Shown here piece after piece: positions 10,962 to 19,765 of a stretch of DNA of 64,000 nucleotides; the first letter of the stretch is position 1, and each line of letters starts with the position of its first letter. The notes beneath the pieces were generated by a model. The model saw only the letters and a program-made list of their open reading frames with translations, was not told the origin of the DNA and did no database searches. Position numbers and translations under genes: made by a program. This DNA is from Candidatus Eiseniibacteriota bacterium (GTDB lineage: Bacteria > Eisenbacteria > RBG-16-71-46), in NCBI GenBank assembly GCA_963717935.1, contig CAVQXP010000004.1:1408001-1472000 (forward strand). The letters are read 5' to 3'.

Positions 10962-11315
10962 ATGCAACTGGACATTCGGGGCTCGAACGTCCGTCTTTCG
11001 CAACGGATGCGCTCGTACGTCGAGCGCCGGGTGGGCTTCGCTCTTTCGCGCTTCGGGGCGCGCGTGGCCCGGGTTCGGGTTCGCCTCTCGGACGCGAACG
11101 GCCCCGGGCGGGAAGTGGATCGGGTCTGCAGAGTGATGACCACGGTGCCGGGCGCTACCCCGCTCGTGGTCGAGCAACGTGATCCCAGACTGACTCTGGC
11201 GGTCGATCATGCGCTGGACCGAGTGGCCCGCCAGGTGGCGCGCACGATGGAGCGGATTGACGCGGGCTGGGTGGATCCGAGTGGTCCGGGGACCCGGCGA
11301 GCGGGCCGCAGGTGA
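10962..11315 (+). CDS. HPF/RaiA-family ribosome-associated protein (short form)
   Basis: 117 aa; MQLDIRG...YVERRVGFALSRF...VRVRLSDANGP...DRVCRV...AVDHALDRVARQV; SD GAGGG; divergent from nhaR. Confidence 0.82.
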   Translation: MQLDIRGSNVRLSQRMRSYVERRVGFALSRFGARVARVRVRLSDANGPGREVDRVCRVMTTVPGATPLVVEQRDPRLTLAVDHALDRVARQVARTMERIDAGWVDPSGPGTRRAGRR

Positions 11316-11347
11316 AGCCGGTCTCGCTCGCGACGCGGAGGAGGCAA

Positions 11348-12217
11348 ATGACCATGCTGGCACCGTCCTCCCACGAGGGCCGGTCTGAGCGAAGTGACCT
11401 GTCTCCGCGGTTCTGGGACCAGGTTCGCCACAGCCGGCACCGCCTGCTGATGCTGGACTACGACGGCACCCTGGCGCCCTTTCGTGTGCAACGCAGCCAG
11501 GCGCGGATCCCGCCTCCGACACTTGCGGTTCTCCGCAGGCTCGTATCGAGCGGAACGACGAGGATCGCGATCGTCTCCGGTCGGCAGGTCCAGGAACTCG
11601 AGAGATTGACCGGCGGGCTTCCCGTGCGCCTGATCGGAGAGCATGGGTGGGAGGAGCGCTCCCCCGGAGGCGCGGTCCTGCGAAGAAGGCTGCCTCCGGG
11701 GGTGGCGCGGTGTCTGGAACAGGCGTCCCGGGCCGCCAGGGCCAGCGGTTGGGGCCCCCATCTCGAGTGCAAGCGCAGTTCGCTCGTGCTGCATACTCGC
11801 GGGCTCCCCGCAGACGAGGCCCGTGAGCTCGAGTTCGCCTGCGGGAGGTTGTGGAGGTCCTTCTTCGAGCGCGATGGCATTCGTCTGCAGCGGATCGACG
11901 GCGGGATTACGCTGCGCGCGTTCCACCGGCACAAGGGCACGGCGGTCGCGGAGCTGGTCGCCGGCTTGCTCCCGGGCACGCTCGCCGTCTACCTTGGCGA
12001 CGATACCGCGGATGAGGATGCCTTCCACGAACTCCTTGACTGTGGCGTGGCGATTCACGTGGGGGCAACGACTCGCTCCTCGGCGGCCCGCTTTCATCTG
12101 GGGTCCACGGACGATGTCCTCTCCTTTCTCGAACGGTGGGAGGCGACGATGCGGGACGGGGAAGCGGTGTCCGGCGCGCATGCGTGCGGGACGCGCTCGA
12201 TCGGCGGCCGGACATGA
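11348..12217 (+). CDS. otsB: Trehalose-6-phosphate phosphatase (HAD IIB), copy 2
   Basis: HRLLMLDYDGTLAPF, IVSGR, GEHGWE, HKGTAV, LGDDTADEDAF; SD GGAGG. Confidence 0.88.
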   Translation: MTMLAPSSHEGRSERSDLSPRFWDQVRHSRHRLLMLDYDGTLAPFRVQRSQARIPPPTLAVLRRLVSSGTTRIAIVSGRQVQELERLTGGLPVRLIGEHGWEERSPGGAVLRRRLPPGVARCLEQASRAARASGWGPHLECKRSSLVLHTRGLPADEARELEFACGRLWRSFFERDGIRLQRIDGGITLRAFHRHKGTAVAELVAGLLPGTLAVYLGDDTADEDAFHELLDCGVAIHVGATTRSSAARFHLGSTDDVLSFLERWEATMRDGEAVSGAHACGTRSIGGRT

Positions 12218-13257
12218 ACCGTGAGGACGTGATCCGCTGGCTGCTCGGGGCCGCCATCGCAGCGGGCACCTGGCTCGTCGGCTGGCTGGTGCGCCGGTTC
12301 GCCATGGGGCGCCTGGCGCGGCTCCTCCGTCACACGCCGACCAACCTCGACGACATCGTGCTCGAGGTGCTTCGGCCTCATGTCCCGGTCTGGTTCCTCC
12401 TGCTCGGCGTCGTGGCCGCCGCGCGATTCGTCGAACCCGGAGCCCCGGCGCTCGCGATCGTGGACCGGGCGAGCCTGATCGTGGTGATCGCCTCGCTGAC
12501 GTTGGCCACGTCTTCGTTCCTCTCGCGGCTGATCGCGAGCGGTGCCGCCCGCTGGCCCGAGACGCTGCCCGCGACCACGCTGACCCAGAACGCCGTGCGG
12601 ATCGCGATCGTGGGGCTCGGCCTCCTGGTCGTCCTCTCGAACCTGGGCATCGCCGTCACGCCGCTCCTCACGGCGCTCGGCGTGGGTTCCCTGGCGGTGG
12701 CGCTGGCGCTGCAACCCACGCTCTCGAATCTCTTCGCCGGCTTCCACATCTCGTTCGCCCGGCAGATCCGCGTGGGGGACTACGTCGAGCTCGAGTCCGG
12801 GCAGCAGGGGTACGTCACGGACATCGGCTGGCGCTCCACGCAGATCCGCGAGCTTCCCAACAACATGATCATCGTGCCGAACGCGCGGATCGCGGAGATC
12901 ATCCTGAAGAACTACGCGCTCCCCGAGAAGGAGCAGGCGGCGCTCGTGCAGGTGGGCGTGAGCTACGGATCGAGTCTCCCGGTGGTCGAGCAGGTGACCA
13001 TCGAGGTCGCGCGCGAGGTGCAGCGCAGCGTGCCCGGAGCGGTCCCCGATTTCGAGCCGTTCGTCCGCTTTCACACCTTCGGCGACTCGTCCGTCAACTT
13101 CACGGTGATCCTCCGCGTGAAGGAATACGTCGACCGCCACCTGGTCACGCACGAGTTCGTGAAGCGGCTGCATCAGCGATATTTGGCGGAGGGGATCGAG
13201 ATCCCGTTCCCGCAACGGGTCGTGCATATCGCTTCCGCGGTTCCCGGGGAGTGTTAG
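12214..13257 (+). CDS. mscS: Small-conductance mechanosensitive channel (MscS family)
   Basis: LLTALGVGSLAVALALQPTLSNLFAG, VGDYVEL, DIGWRST, IIVPNA, FGDSSVNF, GIEIPFPQR. Confidence 0.92.
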   Translation: MNREDVIRWLLGAAIAAGTWLVGWLVRRFAMGRLARLLRHTPTNLDDIVLEVLRPHVPVWFLLLGVVAAARFVEPGAPALAIVDRASLIVVIASLTLATSSFLSRLIASGAARWPETLPATTLTQNAVRIAIVGLGLLVVLSNLGIAVTPLLTALGVGSLAVALALQPTLSNLFAGFHISFARQIRVGDYVELESGQQGYVTDIGWRSTQIRELPNNMIIVPNARIAEIILKNYALPEKEQAALVQVGVSYGSSLPVVEQVTIEVAREVQRSVPGAVPDFEPFVRFHTFGDSSVNFTVILRVKEYVDRHLVTHEFVKRLHQRYLAEGIEIPFPQRVVHIASAVPGEC

Positions 13258-13614
13258 GATACGGGCCGGGCTTCTCCCACGCGCGGCGTCGCGATCGGGG
13301 GGGCCGAGAGGAGGACCGCTGGATGATGCGCGGCGTCGGTGTCATGCTCGTCGTCATCCTCTCACCGGCCTACCACGCGGTTTGCGACGCGAACGCGCCG
13401 ATCCTGTCGACGGAGCCCGCCGGGCCCCGGCCGGCGCCTTCCGGGTTCCGTATCCGCAACCCGGGATAGGCGCGCGAATCCGATGCGGAGGGAACCGCCC
13501 GGGCACGTCGCCAGCCAGCCAGCACGTCCAGAGGAGGTGGGTCTCGTGGCCGGAACCTCAGGACCACCAGCCCGGGAGCCCGGAGGGTGCTCCCACGCGC
13601 GGGGCGGGAGGGCG

Positions 13615-15387
13615 GTGTCCCTCGGAACACTGATGGCGCTGCTGGCGGCCGGGATCCTGACGATCGGGATCGCGCGCGCCGACGGCGTCCGCGACGGAGA
13701 CCGGGCCTTCGAGGCGGGCCGGATCGAGGACGCGTTGAGATCCTACGAGCAGGCCGCCCGCGCGGGGAGCGCGGGAGGCCAGGCCGGGATCGGGCGGGTC
13801 TTCCTGCGGCGGGGCCGGTACGAGAAGGCGATGGAAGCCTTCCGTCGCGCGCAGGAGTTGGACCCGGACCTGGCGTTGGCCTACTACGGGGAGGGCGAGG
13901 TGCTTCGGCGCCAGGGCAGGTGCGCCGAGGCCATCCCGGCTTACGAGCGAGCGACCCGGATCAACCGCAAGTTCCCCGAGGCGCAACTCGGCCTGGGCAA
14001 CTGCCTCGTCGCCACGGGGCAGTTCGACCGGGGCATCGCGGAACTGGACAAGGGACTCGCGCGGGGACGGACGTGGGCGCCGCGGTTCCTGGTCGCGCGC
14101 GGAACGGCATGGATGTCGCGCGACTCCCTCCGGCGCGCGGGAATCGACTTCACGCGGGCGCGCGAGCTGGCGCCCGGCGACCCCTCGGTCCGAAGGGCCA
14201 TCGGGGACTTCTACGTGCAACGGGGCACCTGGGCACTGGCGATCCCCGAGCTGAGGGCCGCCGTGGCTCTCGATTCCAGCGACGCCGAGGCGCTGCACTC
14301 GCTCGCCCGGGCGCTCTTCTACACCCAGGACTACGACCAGGCGTTGGCGACCTATCGGTTGCTGACCACACGGTCCCCCGACTTTGCACCCGGGCAGCTC
14401 GGCCTGGGCGACCTCCTCTATCGCGCGGGGCCGGCCGATCCCCGGCGATACGCCGAGGCGAGGGGGCCGCTGGAGGAGTACGTGCGGCTGGAACCCGATG
14501 ACCCGAGAGGGTGGAGTCTTCTGGGACGCACCGGCTACCACCTGGGAGAGCGCGACACCGCGCTCGCCCGGATGCTCGAGGCGGAGCGGCTCGGGGACCA
14601 GAGCAAGGAGCTCCACCTCACGATGGGACTGGCCTATGCCAATCAGAGGGAATGGGACAAGGCGCTTGTCTCCCTCGAGAAGGGCGAGCCCGGGCCCCGC
14701 GAGTATCCGCTCCTCGCGCAGATCTACGACGTCACGGGGCATCCCCTGCAGGCCGACTCCGTCTACGGGCTCGTTCTTGCCCGGGACTCCACGTCGGCGG
14801 CGGCCGCCTTCGCCTTCAACCAGCGCGGGAAGCTCCACTTCCGGACCCAGGACTACGCCGGCGCCGAGCGTCTGCTCGAGCGCGCGACCTTCCTCGAGCC
14901 GGGGAACGGCGAAGCCTGGTTCTATCGCGGCCTCTCCCTGCGGGAGCTGGACCGTGATCCGGAGGCCCTGCATGCGCTTCGGGAAGCAGCCGCGATCGAC
15001 ACGGGCAAGGCCGACCGGTACTTCTGGCTCGGCGTACTCGCGGACCGCCAGAAGCAGACCGGTGACGCGCGGGTGGCATTCCGCAGGGCGGTCGATCTCG
15101 ATTCGACGAGCCAGCTGGCGAGCAAGTCCTACCGGCAGCTTGGATACTACCGGTTGCTGAAGAAGGAGTGGAGGGCCGCACTCCCGCTCCTGCAGCGGGC
15201 GGTGGCGCTCGATGAGCAGGATGCGCAGGCATGGCTCTGGCTCGCGCAGGCCCAGCAGAACGCGGGCAGTCGCGAGAAGGCCCGGGAATGTTACGAGCGT
15301 GTTCTCGTGCTCGATCCGGCCAGCGCCGCAGCCAGAAAGGGACTGAAGACACTCGGGGGTTCTCTTCCGGCGTCACCACGCAGGTAG
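13615..15387 (+). CDS. Exported tetratricopeptide-repeat protein (start uncertain)
   Basis: Signal-peptide-like N-terminus (ending ARA-DG) followed by many TPR-like units (e.g. AYYGEGEVL...A...YERA; AWFYRGLSL). Confidence 0.85.
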   Translation: MSLGTLMALLAAGILTIGIARADGVRDGDRAFEAGRIEDALRSYEQAARAGSAGGQAGIGRVFLRRGRYEKAMEAFRRAQELDPDLALAYYGEGEVLRRQGRCAEAIPAYERATRINRKFPEAQLGLGNCLVATGQFDRGIAELDKGLARGRTWAPRFLVARGTAWMSRDSLRRAGIDFTRARELAPGDPSVRRAIGDFYVQRGTWALAIPELRAAVALDSSDAEALHSLARALFYTQDYDQALATYRLLTTRSPDFAPGQLGLGDLLYRAGPADPRRYAEARGPLEEYVRLEPDDPRGWSLLGRTGYHLGERDTALARMLEAERLGDQSKELHLTMGLAYANQREWDKALVSLEKGEPGPREYPLLAQIYDVTGHPLQADSVYGLVLARDSTSAAAAFAFNQRGKLHFRTQDYAGAERLLERATFLEPGNGEAWFYRGLSLRELDRDPEALHALREAAAIDTGKADRYFWLGVLADRQKQTGDARVAFRRAVDLDSTSQLASKSYRQLGYYRLLKKEWRAALPLLQRAVALDEQDAQAWLWLAQAQQNAGSREKARECYERVLVLDPASAAARKGLKTLGGSLPASPRR

Positions 15388-15542
15388 CCGAGCGGAACGG
15401 CCATCTCCAGCCGAGTCCCGCTCGGGAGGGCCGCCTGCCGTTCGCCGCTCTTCACGGAGGAGCAGCGCGACCGATGCCGAATGCAGCGTGGCCGCGCGCG
15501 CGGCCGACGCCGACGGCACGGAACGAAAGCGAGGGCATCACG

Positions 15543-16679
15543 ATGGCGATTCTCACTCGAGACCGGCTCCAGCCGCTGCTGAAGGTGGGGTCACGCCCCT
15601 GCATCTCTCTGTACATGCCGACGCACCGCCACCATCCCGGGACGGAGCAGGACCCCATCCGCTTCAGGAACGCTCTCAAGGAGGCCGAGCGGCTGTTGTC
15701 CGACCGCCATTCCCCGCAGGAGATTCGCAGCCTCCTCGACCCGGTGGAGGCCCTGCCGAACGTCGAGTTCTGGCGTCATCAGGCCGATGGGCTTGCGATC
15801 CTGCGCTCCCCGGACGTGCTGGAACAATTCCGGGTCCCGTTGAGCATGCCCGAACTCGTCGTGGTCGCGGAGAGCTTCCATGTCAGGCCACTGATCCGTT
15901 GCCTCAACTCGAACGAGCGCTACTTCCTGATCGCGATCACCCAGAACGGGGTCGGGGTGTACGAGGGGGCGATGACCTCCCTGACACCCACCGAGGTCCC
16001 GGGCCTGCCGGGCGGCCTGTCCGAGTTCTCGAGCAAGAAGAGGCGCGGCACGGCCCTGAGCGCGCATGCGACCGGTCGTGGCAGCGGCAGCCGTCAGGTG
16101 CATGCCGCCGGGGGTGCCGGGGCCCCACCGGAGGAGGTCCTCCTCCCGTTCTTCCGCGCGATCGATCGGGCCCTGCAGCGCGCGCTCCGGCACGACACGG
16201 CTCCCGTGATCCTCGCCGGAGTCGAGTACTACCTGCCCATCTACCGGCAGGTCAGTCACCTGAAGCGCCTGGCGGACGTGATCGTCACCGGCAGCCCGGA
16301 TGCGATGACTCTGGATGAGCTTCGATCCAGAGCCTGGCCCGTCGCCGAGACCGTCTTGCGCGGGAACGAGGACCGAGCGCTCGAGAAGTACTGGCGCGCC
16401 GCCGAGCGAGGGCGCACCCGGGAGCCCCTCGAGGACATCGTTCGCGAGGCCCGGCGCGGCCGGGTCCGGCGCCTCTTCCTCGCATCCGGGGTCCGGATCT
16501 GGGGAACGGTCGACCCGAACACCGGTCACATCCACCGGACGTCCGCACAGCAAGGCAGCCACGACGACGACGTCCTCGATGACGTGGCCGAAGCCGTGTT
16601 CCTGTACGGTGGTGACGTGATCACTCTTCCGGCCGAGCGCATGCCGAATGCGCAGGAGGTGGCGGCCGAGTTGCGCTGA
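15543..16679 (+). CDS. Bacterial aeRF1/Pelota-like (baeRF) protein, Balon-like hibernation factor candidate
   Basis: PCISLYMPTHRHHP...QDPIRFRNAL, VAESFHVRPL, FFRAIDRAL, PVILAGV, ARRGRVRRL, DDVLDDVAEAVFLYGGDV...AAELR; no GGQ motif. Confidence 0.8.
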   Translation: MAILTRDRLQPLLKVGSRPCISLYMPTHRHHPGTEQDPIRFRNALKEAERLLSDRHSPQEIRSLLDPVEALPNVEFWRHQADGLAILRSPDVLEQFRVPLSMPELVVVAESFHVRPLIRCLNSNERYFLIAITQNGVGVYEGAMTSLTPTEVPGLPGGLSEFSSKKRRGTALSAHATGRGSGSRQVHAAGGAGAPPEEVLLPFFRAIDRALQRALRHDTAPVILAGVEYYLPIYRQVSHLKRLADVIVTGSPDAMTLDELRSRAWPVAETVLRGNEDRALEKYWRAAERGRTREPLEDIVREARRGRVRRLFLASGVRIWGTVDPNTGHIHRTSAQQGSHDDDVLDDVAEAVFLYGGDVITLPAERMPNAQEVAAELR

Positions 16680-16708
16680 CCGCCAGGGCACAACCTCGGA
16701 CTCAGACC

Positions 16709-18019
16709 ATGGGCATGACCACGAATCGGCTGGGAATCCTGGTGGCGAGCGGCGCGATCGCGTTGCTGGCACTGGCCTGCGCTCCCTCGCGGCCGGCGCG
16801 GGAGCGGGGCGCGACGCTCACGGTGATGCTGCCTCCAAGCGAGCGGCCCTTCTGGGAACCGATCGCTCGCGGCTTCGAGTGGGACCATCCTGGAACCCGC
16901 GTGGATCTCGTCGAAGGCCCGCAATCCACCGATCTGCGCGAGAACCTCTACACGGCTTCGTTGCTGGCCGGGGACCCGACGTTCGACCTCGTCTACATGG
17001 ACGTGACCTGGACGCCGAAGTTCGCCGCGGCCGGCTGGCTGCTGCCGCTCGACCCATGGCTCCCCGACGTCGAGCGGCGGCGATTCCTTCCGGCCGCGCT
17101 CGCCGCGGGGGAGTACCAGGGCAGGCTCTATCGCGTACCGGTGCGCACCGACGTCGGACTGCTCTACTTCCGCCGGGACCTGCTCGAGCGGGCCGGACTC
17201 CCCCCTCCGCGCAGCTTCGTGGAGCTGACGCGGACGGCCCGGGCCCTCCAGTCCCCACCCGGGATCTGGGGCTTCGTCTGGCAGGGCAAGCAATACGAGG
17301 GTCTGGTCTGCGCCTACCTGGAGGTGCTTCGCGGCCAGGGCGGGTTCTGGGTGGATCCTGTCTCGCTCGCGGTCGGGCTCGACCGTCCCGAGGCGGTGGC
17401 CGCTCTGTCGTTCCTCGCGCTCTGCCTTCGCCAGGAGCCCATCAGCCCGCCCGGCAGCACGACCTACCAGGAGGAGGAGAGCCGCCGGCTGTTCCAGGAT
17501 GGACGAGCGGTCTTCCTGCGCAACTGGCCCTACGTGTGGCAGCTTGCGCAGTCGGCCGGGTCGCCGGTACGCGGGCGGATCGGCGTCCTGCCCATGGTGC
17601 ACGCCCCCGGTGGGCGGCCCGCCGGCACTCTGGGTGGGTGGGGACTCGGCATCTCGGCTTTCAGCGGCCAGGCCCAGCTCGCCATGGAGTTCATCCGCGC
17701 CGTCACGTCGCTCGACGGCCAGCGGGCGCTGTGTGCGCCGACGGGCTACGCCCCCGCGCTCCAGGATGCGTACGCGGACCCCGAGCTGCTGGCGGCGAAT
17801 CCGTTTCTGGCGGAGCTCGAGAGGCTCCATGCGAACGCCGTGGCCCGGCCGTCCATCGCCCGGTACGCGCTCGCCTCCGACATCCTGCAGCGGCATCTGA
17901 GCGCCGTGCTCTCGGGCAGCGACGAGCCGGAGCACGCGTTGCGCGCGGCGGCCCGCGAGACCCGGGCGATGCTGGGCGTCCCCCGGGGCCGGAAGCTGCG
18001 AGCGGGTCCGGCCTCATGA
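16709..18019 (+). CDS. Sugar ABC transporter substrate-binding lipoprotein (trehalose/maltose-type)
   Basis: Lipobox LALAC; MDVTWTPKFAAAGWL, QGKQYEGLVC, FLRNWPY and GTLGGW motifs of CUT1 trehalose/maltose-binding proteins. Confidence 0.88.
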   Translation: MGMTTNRLGILVASGAIALLALACAPSRPARERGATLTVMLPPSERPFWEPIARGFEWDHPGTRVDLVEGPQSTDLRENLYTASLLAGDPTFDLVYMDVTWTPKFAAAGWLLPLDPWLPDVERRRFLPAALAAGEYQGRLYRVPVRTDVGLLYFRRDLLERAGLPPPRSFVELTRTARALQSPPGIWGFVWQGKQYEGLVCAYLEVLRGQGGFWVDPVSLAVGLDRPEAVAALSFLALCLRQEPISPPGSTTYQEEESRRLFQDGRAVFLRNWPYVWQLAQSAGSPVRGRIGVLPMVHAPGGRPAGTLGGWGLGISAFSGQAQLAMEFIRAVTSLDGQRALCAPTGYAPALQDAYADPELLAANPFLAELERLHANAVARPSIARYALASDILQRHLSAVLSGSDEPEHALRAAARETRAMLGVPRGRKLRAGPAS

Positions 18020-18903
18020 GAGCCAGGGTCTGGACCAGGGAGCGCCTGCTCCTGCTCGTGCCCGCGCTGCTGCTGCTGGCGCTGGTCGTGGCGCTCCCCA
18101 TCCTCCGCGTCGTGCAGCTCAGCCTGTGCCGGGTGGAGCTCCACGGGGGGATCGTCACGCAATGGGCCGGGCTCGACCAGTTCTGGCGGCTCTGGCAGGA
18201 CGGCCGGTGGTGGGCCGCGCTTCGCAACACCGCGTTGTTCACTGCCCTGTCGGTGGCGCTCGAGATGGCACTGGGCATCGCCTTCGCTCTGCTGCTCCAC
18301 CAGCGCTTCCGGGGCCGGGGCGGCGTGCGGGCCCTGATGATGCTGCCCTGGGCCTTGCCGACCGCCGTGATGGCCCTGGCCTGGGCGTGGATCTTCAACG
18401 ACTCGTTCGGCGTGCTCAACGACCTGCTCGAACATCTGGGACTCATCGCGCGCCCGGTGGCCTGGCTGGGCGGGCCGGCCACCGCGATGCTGGCGCTGGT
18501 GATCGCGGACGTATGGAAGACCACTCCCTTCGTCGCGCTCATCGTGCTGGCGGGGCTGCAGGGCATCCCGGAGCAGGTGCTGGAGGCGGCCCGCGTGGAT
18601 GGTCTGTCCGCGGGACAGCGGCTGAGGCGGGTGGTGCTGCCGCTGCTGGCGCCCTCGCTGCTCGTGGCCCTCGCCTTCCGCACGGTGCAGGCCTACGGGG
18701 CCTTCGACCTGCCCTACGTCATGACGGGTGGTGGCCCGGGAGGGGCGACCGAGACGGTGGCCCTGTACGCGTACCAGAACTACTTCCGCTATCTCGAGTT
18801 CGGGTACGGGTCCGCCGTCGCCGTGCAGGGGGCCCTGCTGGCCGCCCTGCTGGTGGCCGCGATGATGAGCCTCGCGGGCGCGCGGGAACGGAGGGGGACG
18901 TGA
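18016..18903 (+). CDS. Sugar ABC transporter permease (MalF-like)
   Basis: LPWALPTAV, ADVWKTTPF, EAA loop EAARVDG, MTGGGPG; ATGA overlap. Confidence 0.92.
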   Translation: MRARVWTRERLLLLVPALLLLALVVALPILRVVQLSLCRVELHGGIVTQWAGLDQFWRLWQDGRWWAALRNTALFTALSVALEMALGIAFALLLHQRFRGRGGVRALMMLPWALPTAVMALAWAWIFNDSFGVLNDLLEHLGLIARPVAWLGGPATAMLALVIADVWKTTPFVALIVLAGLQGIPEQVLEAARVDGLSAGQRLRRVVLPLLAPSLLVALAFRTVQAYGAFDLPYVMTGGGPGGATETVALYAYQNYFRYLEFGYGSAVAVQGALLAALLVAAMMSLAGARERRGT

Positions 18904-19763
18904 GGAGCGCCGTCCCGAGGGCCGGAGGAGGCCGCGCGCGCCTGGCCGGAGGACTGCTCGCGCTGGCCGTCGCGCTGCTGCTGGCGTGGAGCCTGGCGCC
19001 GGCGATCTGGCAGGCCCTCACGGCGCTCAAGCCGGACGCCCAGATCACGCACGTGCCCACGATCTACCTGCCGCACCCGCCGACCTGGCGACACGTCGCG
19101 GCCCTGTGGGAGCGCAAGCCCTTCGGGCTCTACCTGGCGAACAGCGCCTGGGTCTCGGCCTGGGCGACCGTGCTGTGCCTGGGCGTCGCCTCGCTGGCCG
19201 CGGCGGCCCTCGCGCGGCTTCCGGGCCGCGGCCGCGAAGGGCTCCTGCTGGCCCTGCTGGTGGTCTCCCTGTTCCCGCCCATCCTTCTGCTCTTCCCTCT
19301 CTACGAGGGCGTGCGGGCGGTCGGTTGGATCAATCACCCGCTGGCCCTCGTGCTGCCGTACGCCGCACTGAACCTGCCGCTCGCCGTGTGGGTGCTGGAG
19401 AGCGCGCTGCGCGCCCTGCCGGTCGAACTCGACGAGGCCGCGCGGCTCGATGGCCTGCCCGCGCTGGGACGCCTGTGGCGCATCCACCTGCCCCTCGCGC
19501 TGCCGTCGCTGGCGACGGCGGGGATCCTGGTCTTCATCTTCTGCTGGAACGAGTTCATGCTGTCCCTGACCTTCATGACGCGCGACGCGAACAAGACCGT
19601 GACCGCGGGGATCGCCAGCGTCAGCGGCGCCTCGCTCTACGAGATCCCCTGGGGCCAGTTGTCGGCCGCGATCGTCATCGCCACCGCACCGCTGATCGCC
19701 CTGGTACTGTTGTTCCAGCGGCGGATCGTCTCGGGGCTGACCCGGGGCGCGCTCAAGGGCTAG
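18900..19763 (+). CDS. Sugar ABC transporter permease (MalG-like)
   Basis: ELDEAARLDG, FIFCWNEF, PWGQLSAA, FQRRIVSGLTRGALKG; GTGA overlap. Confidence 0.92.
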   Translation: MRSAVPRAGGGRARLAGGLLALAVALLLAWSLAPAIWQALTALKPDAQITHVPTIYLPHPPTWRHVAALWERKPFGLYLANSAWVSAWATVLCLGVASLAAAALARLPGRGREGLLLALLVVSLFPPILLLFPLYEGVRAVGWINHPLALVLPYAALNLPLAVWVLESALRALPVELDEAARLDGLPALGRLWRIHLPLALPSLATAGILVFIFCWNEFMLSLTFMTRDANKTVTAGIASVSGASLYEIPWGQLSAAIVIATAPLIALVLLFQRRIVSGLTRGALKG

Positions 19764-19765
19764 CC

